Shown piece after piece: positions 1 through 12,338 of a DNA stretch of 64,000 bases. Under the pieces are notes generated by a model. That model did not search any database and had not been told where the DNA came from. It saw only the letters and a program-made list of their open reading frames with translations. The stretch is from Tubulanus polymorphus (Eukaryota; Animalia; Nemertea): contig NC_134025.1 of NCBI RefSeq assembly GCF_964204645.1, positions 3,162,001 to 3,226,000 of the forward strand, in the 5' to 3' direction. Within the stretch, counting starts at the first letter, position 1, and the number at the start of each line of letters is the position of its first letter. Both the position numbers and the translations under genes were made by a program.

Positions 1-599
1 GATTCGAAAAATGACCGATAAATCGAGCTTTAACTCGGGCCTGATTAAATTGTATCAACATATTCCAGGGAACGATACTGCACCAAGCTGTTATTTGTTA
101 TTAGTGTCGACGGTAAAGAAATCGGATGTCATGAAGCTGAAGTTAAACTTGAGTCTAAATTCATTGTTAATGTCACAAGAAACTTGAGAAAAAATAAATT
201 TTCGATTCAAAAAAAAAATTACGCTGTCGTTTTAGACATGGTTGTATTCAAATGTTAAGCGCTTATCTTCATATCCGCTATATAATAAACATAAAAGCTT
301 AGAAGCTAAGCGCCTCTAAAAACTGATAACCACAAATCTGAAATTACTAAAAGATCAATTATCAAAATCATTCCAAGTGCGAACGATATCACATGTAAAT
401 ATAGCCCGGTATATATGTGTGTATATATATATATATTCTGTTTTCAACACTACATGATCTTGATGGATAGTTGGCATAATATGCATAAATTGACTATATA
501 ATTTTTCATGGCGCGGAAATGTGCTTATCATTCATTTAAATTAATAACAGCTGTTCGATAATATTCAAAAATCACATAAAATCTACCGATCCCCGCCAC

Positions 600-608
600 T
601 ATATAAAG
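600..608 (+). promoter_or_regulatory. TATA box of GM2A-like copy 1 (equivalents at 4246-4254 and 5661-5669)
   Basis: TATATAAAG lies 54 nt upstream of the ATG in all three copies. Confidence 0.6.
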
Positions 609-653
609 CCGAGTACACGATCGAGGAGAACGTGTTGAACTCAAACAAGCATC

Positions 654-1671
654 ATGTTGAATTATATCGTCATCGGGCTGTTGGTCGGGTTTGCAAATGC
701 GGGCATGTATGTGAAGAACTGTGATGGTCAGTATACTAATGAGTCAAGAAGTGATTTGAAAATTGTTTCGTCGATATCGATATATCAATACATTGTTCAA
801 ACAGATTGTCACATAGCTAAGTGAAAAATTACAAATCTATATGAAACTCATTTCATCCATTTTTCGATTGATTTTATTATTTTGTAGTATTTATTTGTTC
901 TGTAAAATTAGAAATTATTGAATAGGCCTATAATGATAGAACTGTGATAAATTTCAGAAAATAGACTTACTGACGGATAACTCATTGACACATATATATT
1001 TTGTAGGGAGTCAAAATAAACTGATTGACTTTACAAAAGTTAGTATTACACCCCATCCTATCAAGTTTCCGGGTAGATTGAACATCGACGCGTTAGCAAC
1101 TGTAAATAGGGAAATAGGCGGTCAGATCGATGTCAAAGTGTCATTAAAGAGGAAAGTTTGGTTCGCTTGGGTTCCCATACCATGCATAAAAGAGATCGGG
1201 TCATGGTAAGAATCGCTGATTTACAGGATAAAAGTCGATACAACTGCCAGGAAATTTTAGATGATTCTACATTTCGTTTCAGCGAATACAAAGATATTTG
1301 TTCGCGATTGAAACAGTTTAGTTGTCCCCCTGAAGTCGTTGAACAGGGAATTCAATGCCACTGTCCTTTCAAAAAAGGCCCGATGAGTTTTAACATGGAC
1401 AACATCATTGTACCTTCAATCCCAACAGGTCTGGGGTTACTTGCTGACGTAAGAGATCATATTTTCTATCAAACTTTGTCACATTCAATCAGTATAACAC
1501 TTCATGTATACACTAACAGAGATACTAAACGACAAACTTCGCAAATCTGCTTTTCCCAAGGACACAGTTTTCATTTTCTATTTTCAGGGTCAGTATTATG
1601 CTAAAGCTCGCATCATGGCCGACGGAGTTGAAATCGGTTGTATCGAAGCGGAAGTAGGACTTGACTCTTAA
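654..1671 (+). CDS. GM2A: GM2 activator-like (ML-domain) secreted lipid-binding protein, copy 1; exons 654-726, 1007-1205, 1283-1448, 1588-1671
   Basis: GT-AG exons join in frame. Signal peptide MLNYIVIGLLVGFANAG is followed by the GM2A cysteine pattern NCD...WVPIPCIKEIGSCEYKDIC...CPPE...QCHCPFKKG...GQYYAKARIMADGVEIGCIEAEV. Confidence 0.9.
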
Positions 1672-2104
1672 ATGACGACGACTACTTCGATATCTGATGC
1701 TCGATATCTTAAGCAAATGATAGCTTATGTCTACAAAAAACATGTTTTTCATTTGAGAAAGAAACAAATGGATTTTGTCAACAAAATATGAATTTATTCT
1801 TATGAGTTCTTCATATGTGCAATTCATTTTTCTTTATCGTTTATAATCTTAGCATACTGTGGCTTATGAATAGTAGCTTATATATTTTTTTCACCCAGAT
1901 AATCTTGTTCTATCGATTTGAAATCATTCTGTCCTCGGCAGAATTTTAGTGCACGCGTTAATCACGGCCTATTAAATAGTTATCTCTACAATCATTTAAT
2001 CAATAGTGGATTCAGGTGCAGATTTATCGGTGGTCGACACTTATATGTAATATTTAAGAATATGAGATGACTTTGTCTTGGGAAGTCAACTATTCGCAGA
2101 CAGA

Positions 2105-3079
2105 ATGAATCGCCGATTGAACAGTAGTACCGGTGCTCATGGTGGCTTACAGATCGGTAAACCATTTTTCGCTTCGATTCTACTCAACATTCTACCGGTA
2201 CAAGCCCAGAAGGAACCGTTTCTTCGCATGTTCGCTCTGATTTCGCTACCGACGATCTACGGTGTCGGACTTCTCGGTAATCTATGTAGTTTATTTACGA
2301 TGATGAGTGCACGTTTTCGCGGTCATTCCTACGCGAATTATTTAGCCGCTCTTGCTCTCGCCGATCTCGGCTGTTCGCAAGTATTTTTCATCCCGATTCC
2401 TAATTACATATTAGGTTATCCTTACATAACAATAAAACACGATTGGTGCGCCATATATACTTATGTACTAAACATTCCATTCTATCTCGGGTCTTATCTA
2501 GTGGTTTTCATCGCGTTGGAACGACTTATTTTGGTTCTAAAACCATTTACAGCGAGGATTCTGTGCACGGCAAAGTTTGCCCGGATCAACACTTTGTGTT
2601 TGACCCTCGCTTCAATGGCTATCCCTTCTTATAGCCTGTTCATAGTGAAATATGAAGATCATCTCGGATGTTACGTCAGTCGTCTCCATCAACGTATACA
2701 TTTTCTATTCAGCGTCATTATGAAATATTACATTCCAGCCATTCTTATCATCATCTTCAACATCATCATCATCGCTAATCTACAGAAACAGAAAGATTTC
2801 GGTTCGGGTGAAATGAAAAGCGCGCAAACGATGAGAATAACGATGATGTTGTTGTCCGTATCGGCGATGTTTACGGCTACGACGTTTCCACCCGCTATTT
2901 CCAGCACTTTCACCAGTCTCATGAAAGAACGACCGAAATATATCAATCGTCTGAACGCCATTACAAACCTCATGCAAAATTCAAACTACGCGACAAACTT
3001 TTATCTTTACCTTTTGACCGGCAAAGAGATAAGGGCACATTTATTCGATAAACTTAGAAGTTGCTGTCGGACAAGGTAG
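2105..3079 (+). CDS. Intronless rhodopsin-like (class A) GPCR, orphan peptide/chemoreceptor-like, copy 1
   Basis: Seven hydrophobic segments; GN in TM1, LALAD in TM2, ERL at the DRY position, NFYLY at the NPxxY position, C-terminal CC. ATG 2105 is shared in frame by both copies. Confidence 0.9.
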   Translation: MNRRLNSSTGAHGGLQIGKPFFASILLNILPVQAQKEPFLRMFALISLPTIYGVGLLGNLCSLFTMMSARFRGHSYANYLAALALADLGCSQVFFIPIPNYILGYPYITIKHDWCAIYTYVLNIPFYLGSYLVVFIALERLILVLKPFTARILCTAKFARINTLCLTLASMAIPSYSLFIVKYEDHLGCYVSRLHQRIHFLFSVIMKYYIPAILIIIFNIIIIANLQKQKDFGSGEMKSAQTMRITMMLLSVSAMFTATTFPPAISSTFTSLMKERPKYINRLNAITNLMQNSNYATNFYLYLLTGKEIRAHLFDKLRSCCRTR

Positions 3080-4299
3080 GCTATACAATTCATTCATGAA
3101 ATTTTTCGTCGAACACATTGAATCCTTTGAGTAATCTCGATTCCCACAAAGTAAAACACCGCGGCGGGTTTTCATCACTACTCATGTTTTGATCGGATTC
3201 ATGGAAATCTATGTCTTCCACAATTTATTCGCGACATATTCAGAAAACGGTTTTCCACACAGTTTCCTAATTTGAACAATTTCCAAATATTTCATTAGTT
3301 TTCGTATTTTCTGATGAGGTTTCCTATGTAATTAAATAGGCCTTCTTTTGTTCGAAATCCAACGAAATCCAATGAAAATCGTATAGGCTAGTCAATCATA
3401 CAGTGCGCAGGATGAATTCTGTGGGATGAATGTTTGAAATAAAGGATCCTCGGGCATAATGTGTAAAATGTTTAGAAAATCAGTTTCAACATAAATGGAA
3501 TTGATCTGCCCAAGATCCCGACCGAATTTGGAACCTATGTCAACGCCACGAGCAATTATCTCAACAATTGCTCGTAGGTCAACGTATGTATAGAATATCC
3601 TGGTCTAATGATAACTAGAACAAATTCACTGTTGCCGATTTGATTTGATTCGAAAAATGACCGATAAATCGAGCTTTAACTCGGGCCTGATTAAATTGTA
3701 TCAACATATTCCAGGGAACGATACCGCACCAAGCTGTTATTTGTTATTAGTGTCGACGGTAAAGAAATCGGATGTCATGAAGCTGAAGTTAAACTTGAGT
3801 CTAAATTCATTGTTAATGTCACAAGAAACTTGAGAAAAAATAAATTTTCGATTCAAAAAAAAAATTACGCTGTCGTTTTAGACATGGTTGTATTCAAATG
3901 TTAAGCGCTTATCTTCATATCCGCTATATAATAAACATAAAAGCTTAGAAGCTAAGCGCCTCTAAAAACTGATAACCACAAATCTGAAATTACTAAAAGA
4001 TCAATTATCAAAATCATTCCAAGTGCGAACGATATCACATGTAAATATAGCCCGGTATATATGTGTGTATATATATATATATTCTGTTTTCAACACTACA
4101 TGATCTTGATGGATAGTTGGCATAATATGCATAAATTGACTATATAATTTTTCATGGCGCGGAAATGTGCTTATCATTCATTTAAATTAATAACAGCTGT
4201 TCGATAATATTCAAAAATCACATAAAATCTACCGATCCCCGCCACTATATAAAGCCGAGTACACGATCGAGGAGAACGTGTTGAACTCAAACAAGCATC

Positions 4300-5284
4300 A
4301 TGTTGAATTATATCGTCATCGGGCTGTTGGTCGGGTTTGCAAATGCGGGCATGTATGTGAAGAACTGTGATGGTCAGTATACTAATGAGTCAAGAAGTGA
4401 TTTGAAAATTGTTTCGTCGATATCGATATATCAATACATTGTTCAAACAGATTGTCACATAGCTAAGTGAAAAATTACAAATCTATATGAAACTCATTTC
4501 ATCCATTTTTCGATTGATTTTATTATTTTGTAGTATTTATTTGTTCTGTAAAATTAGAAATTATTGAATAGGCCTATAATGATAGAACTGTGATAAATTT
4601 CAGAAAATAGACTTACTGACGGATAACTCATTGACACATATATATTTTGTAGGAAGTCAAAATAAACTGATTGACTTTACAAAAGTTAGTCTTACACCCC
4701 ATCCTATCAAGTTTCCGGGTAGATTGAACATCGATGCGTTAGCAACTGTAAATAGGGAAATAGGCGGTCAGATCGATGTCAAAGTGTCATTAAAGAGGAA
4801 AGTTTGGTTCGCTTGGGTTCCCATACCATGCATAAAAGAGATCGGGTCATGGTAAGAATCGCTGATTTACAGGATAAAAGTCGATACAACTGCCAGGAAA
4901 TTTTAGATGATTCTACATTTCGTTTCAGCGAATACAAAGATATTTGTTCGCGATTGAAACAGTTTAGTTGTCCCCCTGAAGTCGTTGAACAGGGAATTCA
5001 ATGCCACTGTCCTTTCAAAAAAGGCCCGATGAGTTTTAACATGGACAACATCATTTTACCTTCAATCCCAACAGGTCTCGGGTTACTTGCTGACGTAAGA
5101 GATCATATTTTCTATCAAACTTTGTCACATTCAATACCAAACGACAAACTTCACAAATCTGCTTTTCCCAAGGACGAAGTTTTTTATTTTCTATTTTCAG
5201 GGTCGTTTTTATGCTAAAGCTCACATTATGGCCGACGGAGTTGAAATCGGTTGCATTGAGGCTGAAGTAGAACTTGAATCTTGA
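4300..5284 (+). CDS. GM2A: GM2 activator-like protein, copy 2; exons 4300-4372, 4653-4851, 4929-5094, 5201-5284
   Basis: Same four-exon structure with an intact frame; last exon GRFYAKAHIMADGVEIGCIEAEVELES*. Confidence 0.9.
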
Positions 5285-5714
5285 GAATGACGACGGCTCC
5301 TCGACATTTGTATTTAGATAGATGATAGCTTTATCTACAAAAAACTTCTTTTTTTTTCATTTGAGAAAGAAACAAATGGATTTTGTCAGCAAAAATATCA
5401 ATTAATCTTATGAGTACTTCACGTGTCCAATTCATTTTTTATCGTTGATTATCTTAGCTTATGAATAATAGCTTATATTCTTTTCACCCAGTTAACTGCC
5501 TTCCTGATGGATGGAATCCTACCGCTGGTGTAAATGCTAGTTCCCCAGCCAGCCTGCCGATACAAAAAACCCAGCCAGTTACACTCTTCAGTCATTTAGA
5601 TTAATAACAGCTGTTCAATAATGTTCAAAAACCCCAAAAAAATCAACCGTTCCCCACCACTATATAAAGCCGAGTACACGATCGAGGAGAACGTGTGGAA
5701 CTCAAACAAGCATC

Positions 5715-6697
5715 ATGTTGGATTATATCGTGATCGGGCTGTTGGTCGGGTTTGCAAATGCGGGCATGTATGTCAAAAACTGTGATGGTCAGTATAGTAT
5801 TGAGTCAAGAAGTGATTTGAAAATTGTTTTGTCGATATCGGTATATCAATCGTGTACATTGTTCCAACAGATTGTCACATAGATAAGTGAAACATTATAG
5901 ATCTATATGGAACTGTTCATCCATTTTCCGATTGATTTTATCGTTGTGTAGTTTTTCTTTGTTCTGTAAATAAGAAATTTTTGTATAGGCTTACAATAAT
6001 AAAACTGTGATAAATTTCAGAAAATAGACTTACTGACGGATAACTCATTGACACATTATATTTTGTAGAAAGTCAACTGATTGACTTTACAAAAGTTAGT
6101 CTTACACCCCATCCTATCGAGTTCCCGGGAACATTGATGCATTAGTAACTGTAAATAGGAAAATAGGCGGTCAGATCGATGTCAAAGTGTCATTAAAGAG
6201 GAAAGTTTGGTCCGCTTGGGTTTACATACCATGTGTAAAAGAGATCGGGTCATGGTAAGAATCGATGATTTACAGGATAAAAGTCGATACAACTGCCAGG
6301 AAATTTTATATGCTTCTATATTTCGTTTCAGCGAATACAGAGACATTTGTCCGCGATTAAACCAGTTAACTTGTCCCCCTGAAGTCGTTGAACAGGGAAT
6401 TCAATGCCACTGTCCTTTCAAAAAATGCCCGATGAGTTTTAACATGGACTACATCATTATACCTTCAATCCCAACCATTTATGTAAGATATCATTTTTTC
6501 TATCAAACTTTTTCACATTCAATCAGCATAAGAATTCATGTATACACTAACAGAGAAACTCAAACGGAACACACAAATCTGCTTTTTCGAAGTTTTTCAT
6601 TTTTTATTTTCAGGGTCATTATCATGCTAAAGCTCGCATCATGGCCGACGGAGTTGAAATCGGTTGCATCGAGGCTGAAGTAGAACTTGATTCTTGA
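5715..6697 (+). pseudogene. GM2A: GM2 activator-like copy 3, frameshifted
   Basis: Exon 2 lacks 7 nt (TAGATTG) near 6129, giving TAG at 6143-6145. It also has an in-frame 6-nt loss in exon 2 and a shortened end of exon 3. TATA box and splice sites remain. Confidence 0.85.
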
Positions 6698-7151
6698 GAA
6701 TGACGACGGCTACTTCGGTTTTTTATATCTAAATAAATGAGCATATTTGTATCTAGATAAATGAGAGCTTTATCTACAAAAACATTTTGTTTTTCATTTG
6801 AGAAAGAAACAAATAGATTTTGTCAGCAAAAATATCAATTCATTCTTGTGAGTACTTTTTTCTATCGTTGATAATCTTAGCATACTGTGGCTTATGAATA
6901 GTAGCTTATATATTTTTTCACCCAGTTATTCTTATATCATTCTTATTCTATCGATTTGAAATCATTCTGTCTTCGCGAGAATTGTAGTGGACGCGTAAAT
7001 TACGGCCTATTAAGTAATTATCTCTACAATCATTTGATCAATAGTGAATTCATGTGTCGATCATCGACACTAAGTATATATATATATATATATATATAAC
7101 TAAGAATATGAGATGACTTTGTTTTTGGGAAGTCAACTATTCGCAGACAGA

Positions 7152-8126
7152 ATGAATCGCCGATTCAACAGTAGTACCGGTGCTCTTGATGGCTTACAGA
7201 TCGGTAAACCATTTATCGCTTCGATTCTACTCAACATTCTACCGGTACAAGCCCAGAAGGAACCGTTTCTTCGCATGTTCGCTCTGATTTCGCTACCGAC
7301 GATCTACGGTGTCGGACTTCTCGGTAATCTATGTAGTTTATTTACGATGATGAGTGCACGTTTTCGCGGTCATTCCTACGCGAATTATTTAGCCGCTCTT
7401 GCTCTCGCCGATCTCGGCTGTTCGCAAATATTTTTTATCCCGATTCCTAATTACGTATTAGGTTATCCTTACATAACAATAAAACACGATTGGTGCGCCA
7501 TATATACTTATATAATGAACATTCCATTTTATCTCGGGTCTTATCTAGTGGTTTTCATCGCGTTGGAACGACTTATTTTGGTTCTAAAACCATTTACAGC
7601 GAGGATTCTGTGCACGGCAAAGTTTGCCCGGATCAACACTTTGTGCTTGACCCTCGCTTCAATGGCTATCCCTTCTTATAGCCTGTTCATAGTGAAATAT
7701 GAAGATCATCTCGGATGTTACGTCAGTCGTCTCCATCAACGTATACATTTTCTATTCAGCGTCATTATGAAATATTACATTCCGGCCATTCTTATCATCA
7801 TCTTCAACATCATCATCATCGCTAATCTACAGAAACAGAAAGATTTCGGTTCGGGTGAAATGAAAAGCGCGCAAACGATGAGAATAACGATGATGTTGCT
7901 GTCCGTATCGGCGATGTTTACGGCTACGACGTTTCCACCCGCTATTTCCAGCACATTCACCAGTCTCATGAAAGAACGACCGAAATATATCAATCGTCTG
8001 AACGCCATTACAAACCTCATACAAAGTTCAAACTACGCGACAAACTTTTATCTTTACCTTTTGACCGGTAAAGAGATAAGGGCACATTTATTCGATAAAC
8101 TTAGAAGTTGCTGTCGGACAAGGTAG
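7152..8126 (+). CDS. Intronless class A GPCR, copy 2 (in-frame upstream ATG at 7113 possible)
   Basis: Same motifs as copy 1, with 10 amino-acid differences. Confidence 0.9.
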   Translation: MNRRFNSSTGALDGLQIGKPFIASILLNILPVQAQKEPFLRMFALISLPTIYGVGLLGNLCSLFTMMSARFRGHSYANYLAALALADLGCSQIFFIPIPNYVLGYPYITIKHDWCAIYTYIMNIPFYLGSYLVVFIALERLILVLKPFTARILCTAKFARINTLCLTLASMAIPSYSLFIVKYEDHLGCYVSRLHQRIHFLFSVIMKYYIPAILIIIFNIIIIANLQKQKDFGSGEMKSAQTMRITMMLLSVSAMFTATTFPPAISSTFTSLMKERPKYINRLNAITNLIQSSNYATNFYLYLLTGKEIRAHLFDKLRSCCRTR

Positions 8127-8879
8127 GCTATACAATTCATTCCTGAAATTTTTTGGTCGAACACATTGATTCCTTTGAGTAATCTCGATTCCCACAAAGT
8201 AAAACATCGTACCGCGTCGGGTTTTAATCACTAATGATTCATTTTTGATCGGATTCATCGAATCTATGTCTTCCACAATTTATTCGCGACATATTCAGAA
8301 AACGGTTTTCCACACAGTTTCCTATTTGAAAAATTCCCAAAAATCTCATTAGATTTTGTATTTTCGGATGAGGTTTCATACAGTGCGCACGATGAACTCA
8401 ATGTTTGAGAAATAAATGATCATCGGGCACGTAGTGTAGTCAGAGCGACGTTTCAAAAACTTAAACAAAACTCGGCGCCAAGAATCAGATTTCATCACGA
8501 TATTCTCTAAAAGGTTCAATAAAAATAGAATCACACAATCATACCGGCGTGCCGTCACGAGCCCGGATCCGTGACAGTAATTAAATAGCTATGCGGACGC
8601 ATTATGAAATTTAAAATTTTGGGAAACTTATTTAGATGAAAGCGAAATGTTGCTTTTAGTTTTGTGGTCCAGGATTCGAACCCAGATGCCAGGCATGAAG
8701 AACGGCATTAAGTCCTATAAGAGTAAAACACGTAATCGAAATTCCTATTCCGCGTTTTCGTCTTTTAAATTCAATGTCAATTCATTTCGTGCCCTTACTG
8801 TGACTGTGGTGGTCGCCTGTTAAAAGTTGTCAGTATTTTGCAGCTTTCAGTCTCTCTGTGTCCATAACTAATTGAAACG

Positions 8880-10949
8880 ATGGCTTCTACATTAGATCAA
8901 CTGAAGGCATTCACGACTATCGTCGCTGACACCGGTGATTTTGGAGGTAATTAATAATTAACAACTCAAACGTGACAGAGTCAGAAAGGCAGGGCGGAAA
9001 GAAAGGCAAACCAGACTGAAACCCCTTTTTGACAGACTGGCAAACTGAATATGATCATGGTGCTCTTTTCACGTGTCTGAATAGAATTAAAACATTATGT
9101 GTGTGTGAGAGAGTTGTGTGTGATAATTTATTATTCATGTAATTTAATTCTTCAGTGATGGATAAATTCAAACCGACAGATGCAACAACCAATCCATCTT
9201 TAATTCTTGCTGCTACAAAGATGCCTCAATATCAGCACCTCTTACAAGAAGCTATTCAATATGCTAAGAGTAAAGCATCGTAAGTTCGATTAAAACCAAA
9301 TCAGCTGTTATAGGACTGCAGTTTAAAGGTCACCTTTCCACCTAAGTCAGTAACCTGTCTGTGTGGTAGAGTTTCATGATCAGATATATTCACAAACCAC
9401 ATAAGCCACATTGGACGTATAAGCCCAATGATGAGGTAACTTACTACTTTCCACTACGTGGGGCTAGTGTTACTGAGTGTCATGGTTAGGGACATTACCA
9501 TTAGGGTCACCTAAACTGCAGTCCCCTAGTCGCTTTTGATAGGTAAGTTCTTTAAAAGGTATTTGTTTTGTATGTGTCTTTATTTTCTAGGAATCTGGAT
9601 GAACAGGTTTTGGAAGCAACTGATAAACTGTTTGTACTTTTTGGAAACGAGATTCTGAAAATAGTTCCAGGAAGAGTTTCTATTGAAGTTGACGCGAGGT
9701 AGGTAAACTGCTCACAAATCTTGGAATCATTGCAACACAGTGCAATCGAATTCCATGATCGAACATAATCAAAAATCATTTGTTCCATTTGATTTTTAGT
9801 CAGAAATCTACTGTAGTCTATACTGCATATTCTACTTGATTTACCATAAATCATCCATTCATAGATTGTCATTTGATAAAGAAGCATCACTGGCCAAGGC
9901 TAAAAAATTCATCTCCATGTTTGAAGAAGCGGGAATAAGCAAAGAGCGAATTCTAATCAAGCTCGCTTCAACGTGGGAAGGCATAGAAACTGCTAAGTAT
10001 GTTTTGAACGATATGATACTAGCTGATTATGAAAGTGAAATTCGATTTAGAAGTACTAACAACAGAAATATTTATGATTTTCAGAGTGCTGGAAAAGAGT
10101 CATGGTATTCATTGTAACCTTACTTTGTTATTTTCATTTGCTCAGGTAAAGAGAATAGTATTTTGAATTCAAGATTGGAAAAAATGCTGTTTCTGGTGTT
10201 AACTTTTCAGCTCCTTTGATTTTTCATTTGCAGGCTGTAGCATGCGCTGATGCTAATGTTACTCTTATCTCGCCATTTGTGGGCAGAATTTTTGATTGGT
10301 TTGTTAAAAATACCGGACAAAAAACTTATGAGTTACTGGAGGATCCAGGTGCGTTAGAATTGTCCAAATATAATGTATAGATATTATATACACTGATATA
10401 ATGCAAAGGTTTTTATACTTTCAGGTGTTGTGAGTGTAACTAAAATCTACAATTACTATAAGAAGTTTGGATACAAGACTGAAGTTATGGGTGCATCATT
10501 TAGAAATACTGCTCAAATTCTGGGTCTTGCCGGATGTGATAAACTTACAATCAGGTAAATATACAAGCACCAGGCTAATACTGATCGCAACGGGACCAAA
10601 AATTGGATCTGTTATCAATTTTAGCCCAAAGTTGCTTGAAGAACTGAACAAGTCAATTGCTGAAGTGAAAAGATATTTGGATAATGATGCAGGTAATGCC
10701 TAAAACGCTTTTTGCATGCATATTTCATAACAGGAAAATCATTAAAAATATGACATGAATTTGTTATAATTCCATCCTTTTTCAGCATCTTCCATGGACA
10801 TAGAGAAGGTGGCCTTGAGCGAATCCAAATTCAGATGGATGTTGAATGAGGATGCGATGGCAACAGAAAAACTTGCCGAGGGTATTCGAAATTTTGCTGC
10901 TGATGGTATCAAACTGGAGAACATTATTCGAGAAAAATTGTCCTCTTAG
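8880..10949 (+). CDS. TALDO1: Transaldolase; exons 8880-8946, 9156-9279, 9591-9698, 9865-9996, 10085-10145, 10234-10348, 10425-10554, 10625-10692, 10786-10949
   Basis: Motifs [25 protein letters not shown] (Schiff-base Lys), [14 protein letters not shown] and [14 protein letters not shown]; GT-AG junctions in phase; AATAAA at 11223. Confidence 0.96.
9311..9528. mobile_element. Putative MITE in TALDO1 intron 2
   Basis: Inverted termini GGACTGCAGTTTA (9313-9325) and TAAACTGCAGTCC (9512-9524). Confidence 0.5.
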
Positions 10950-11586
10950 ATTTAATAGAACCGATGTGATATATCATTAAAATGACCAGACCTTTCCGAT
11001 TCATTTTTGGATGAGTTTGAGCTTCCTTTGCTGCGACAGATTGTGCTCATTGTTAAATTCTATTGTGATACTGTATGCTACATCATAATGCAGACATACA
11101 TGTATTTCTATTGTGTAAATTCATCTTTGACGCTTAATAGACAAAACCTTATCATGTCACTATGTTGAAAATATTTGTTGAACATTCCTGTATATATAAT
11201 GATACAGTAAATTGCATAATTAAATAAAACATACAATTGAATGAAATTTCCATTTGAGTTATTGGTTTTTTTGGCCCAAATGATCAATGGCGTAGCTGAG
11301 GAAAGAACACTGATTTTAACAGCAAATATAATACTTTATTTTCATACAAAAATACATCTAACATACAAAGATATAAGGTTTTTGGAGAAACTTGATTACT
11401 GTAGTTTTATATGCAGGATAGAATTTAAACATGACTGTTCAACTGAGACGACTCGATGACTTGTGTGACCTTTGAGCTGACGCGGATCTTTTCTCGAACA
11501 CTTCAGTAATGATGATTTCTGTCAACTTGAAGAAGATCATGAACTGGACACATTGGCACATTTGGTTTCGATGTTAAGCGATTAAT

Positions 11587-12338
11587 TTAGCCCATTTGCC
11601 ACTGAAATTGGAGCAAATATTATTGTGAATTCGTGTTTCGGCATTTTCAATAAGTGATAATACTGTAATATAGCAAGTCGTACCTTTAACCCATCTTGTT
11701 CATTACGATTTCCCGCTAATTCTTGTTTCTTTTCAAGTTCTGCTAGCCGTTTCTGCTTTTGTTTTAGTGCTTCGGGATCTTTAATTCCTTTTTTGTCTTG
11801 GTCAGATTTTCTCTTTTCCGCAGCCTCCGCTGCTTGTCGCCTTCTTGTTTCCTGTGAAAGGGAACCCAGCAATTAGTAATCACATCATAAAACCTGCAAA
11901 TCCTTGACCTTCGTAGTTTATACCAGATGATATTTCAGCAATTGCCCTAGTACCCCCTCCCAAAAATATTCTAGCATATTATCTATTAGTGAGGTCTGGG
12001 AATATAAATGAGCGAGTATTAGCCTATTAGCCAGAAAAAGTTGCTTTTTGTGTCAAAATCACAGGGACTTGACACAAAAGGATTTTGACCCCAGCATCCT
12101 AGGTACTATATGTAAAAAGACTTTTTATATATAGTGCCTAGGATACTGGGGTCCTTTGTGTCAAGTCCCTGTGATCAAAATGATTGATACAGATAATGAT
12201 AATACTTGGGCCTGAATTGCCAGAACAACGATTTTTGGGAGGGGTATGATTAAGTAAGTGCATAGCGCAGTAACTTACTGGGTCTGGTTGATCATAATCT
12301 TCACTTGCACCACCCAAACAAGGTAAACACATACCCAT
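11587..12338 (-). CDS. SVIP: Small VCP/p97-interacting protein; exons 12338-12279, 11851-11684, 11601-11587
   Basis: MGMCLPCLGG acylation-type N-terminus, VIM motif RRRQAAEAAEKR, C-terminus GLKWQMG*; 80 aa. Confidence 0.92.
12058..12175. repeat. 118-bp foldback in SVIP intron 1
   Basis: ATCACAGGGACTTGACACAAA...CCCCAGCATCCTAGGTACTATATGTAAAAAG pairs with CTTTTTATATATAGTGCCTAGGATACTGGGG...TTTGTGTCAAGTCCCTGTGAT. Confidence 0.85.

Larger units (their letters stand above)
1..5134 (+). repeat. Near-identical segmental duplication, 1-~1488 versus 3647-~5134 (offset 3646 bp)
   Basis: Only scattered substitutions are visible over ~1.5 kb covering upstream DNA and GM2A exons 1-3. The repeat begins at the window edge. 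Confidence 0.92.

Noticed and set aside
1158-1604. 148-aa ORF (and its paralogues) as single-exon genes
   Set aside because: They read through introns around GM2A exon 3. The spliced model restores the signal peptide and full cysteine pattern.
2067-2104. Apparent frameshift at the start of GPCR copy 1 relative to copy 2
   Set aside because: It lies upstream of the shared ATG (2105/7152), so it is probably 5' UTR and not evidence of pseudogenisation.
8663-8694. B-box GGTTCGAATCC on the minus strand
   Set aside because: No A-box or cloverleaf; at most a SINE fragment.
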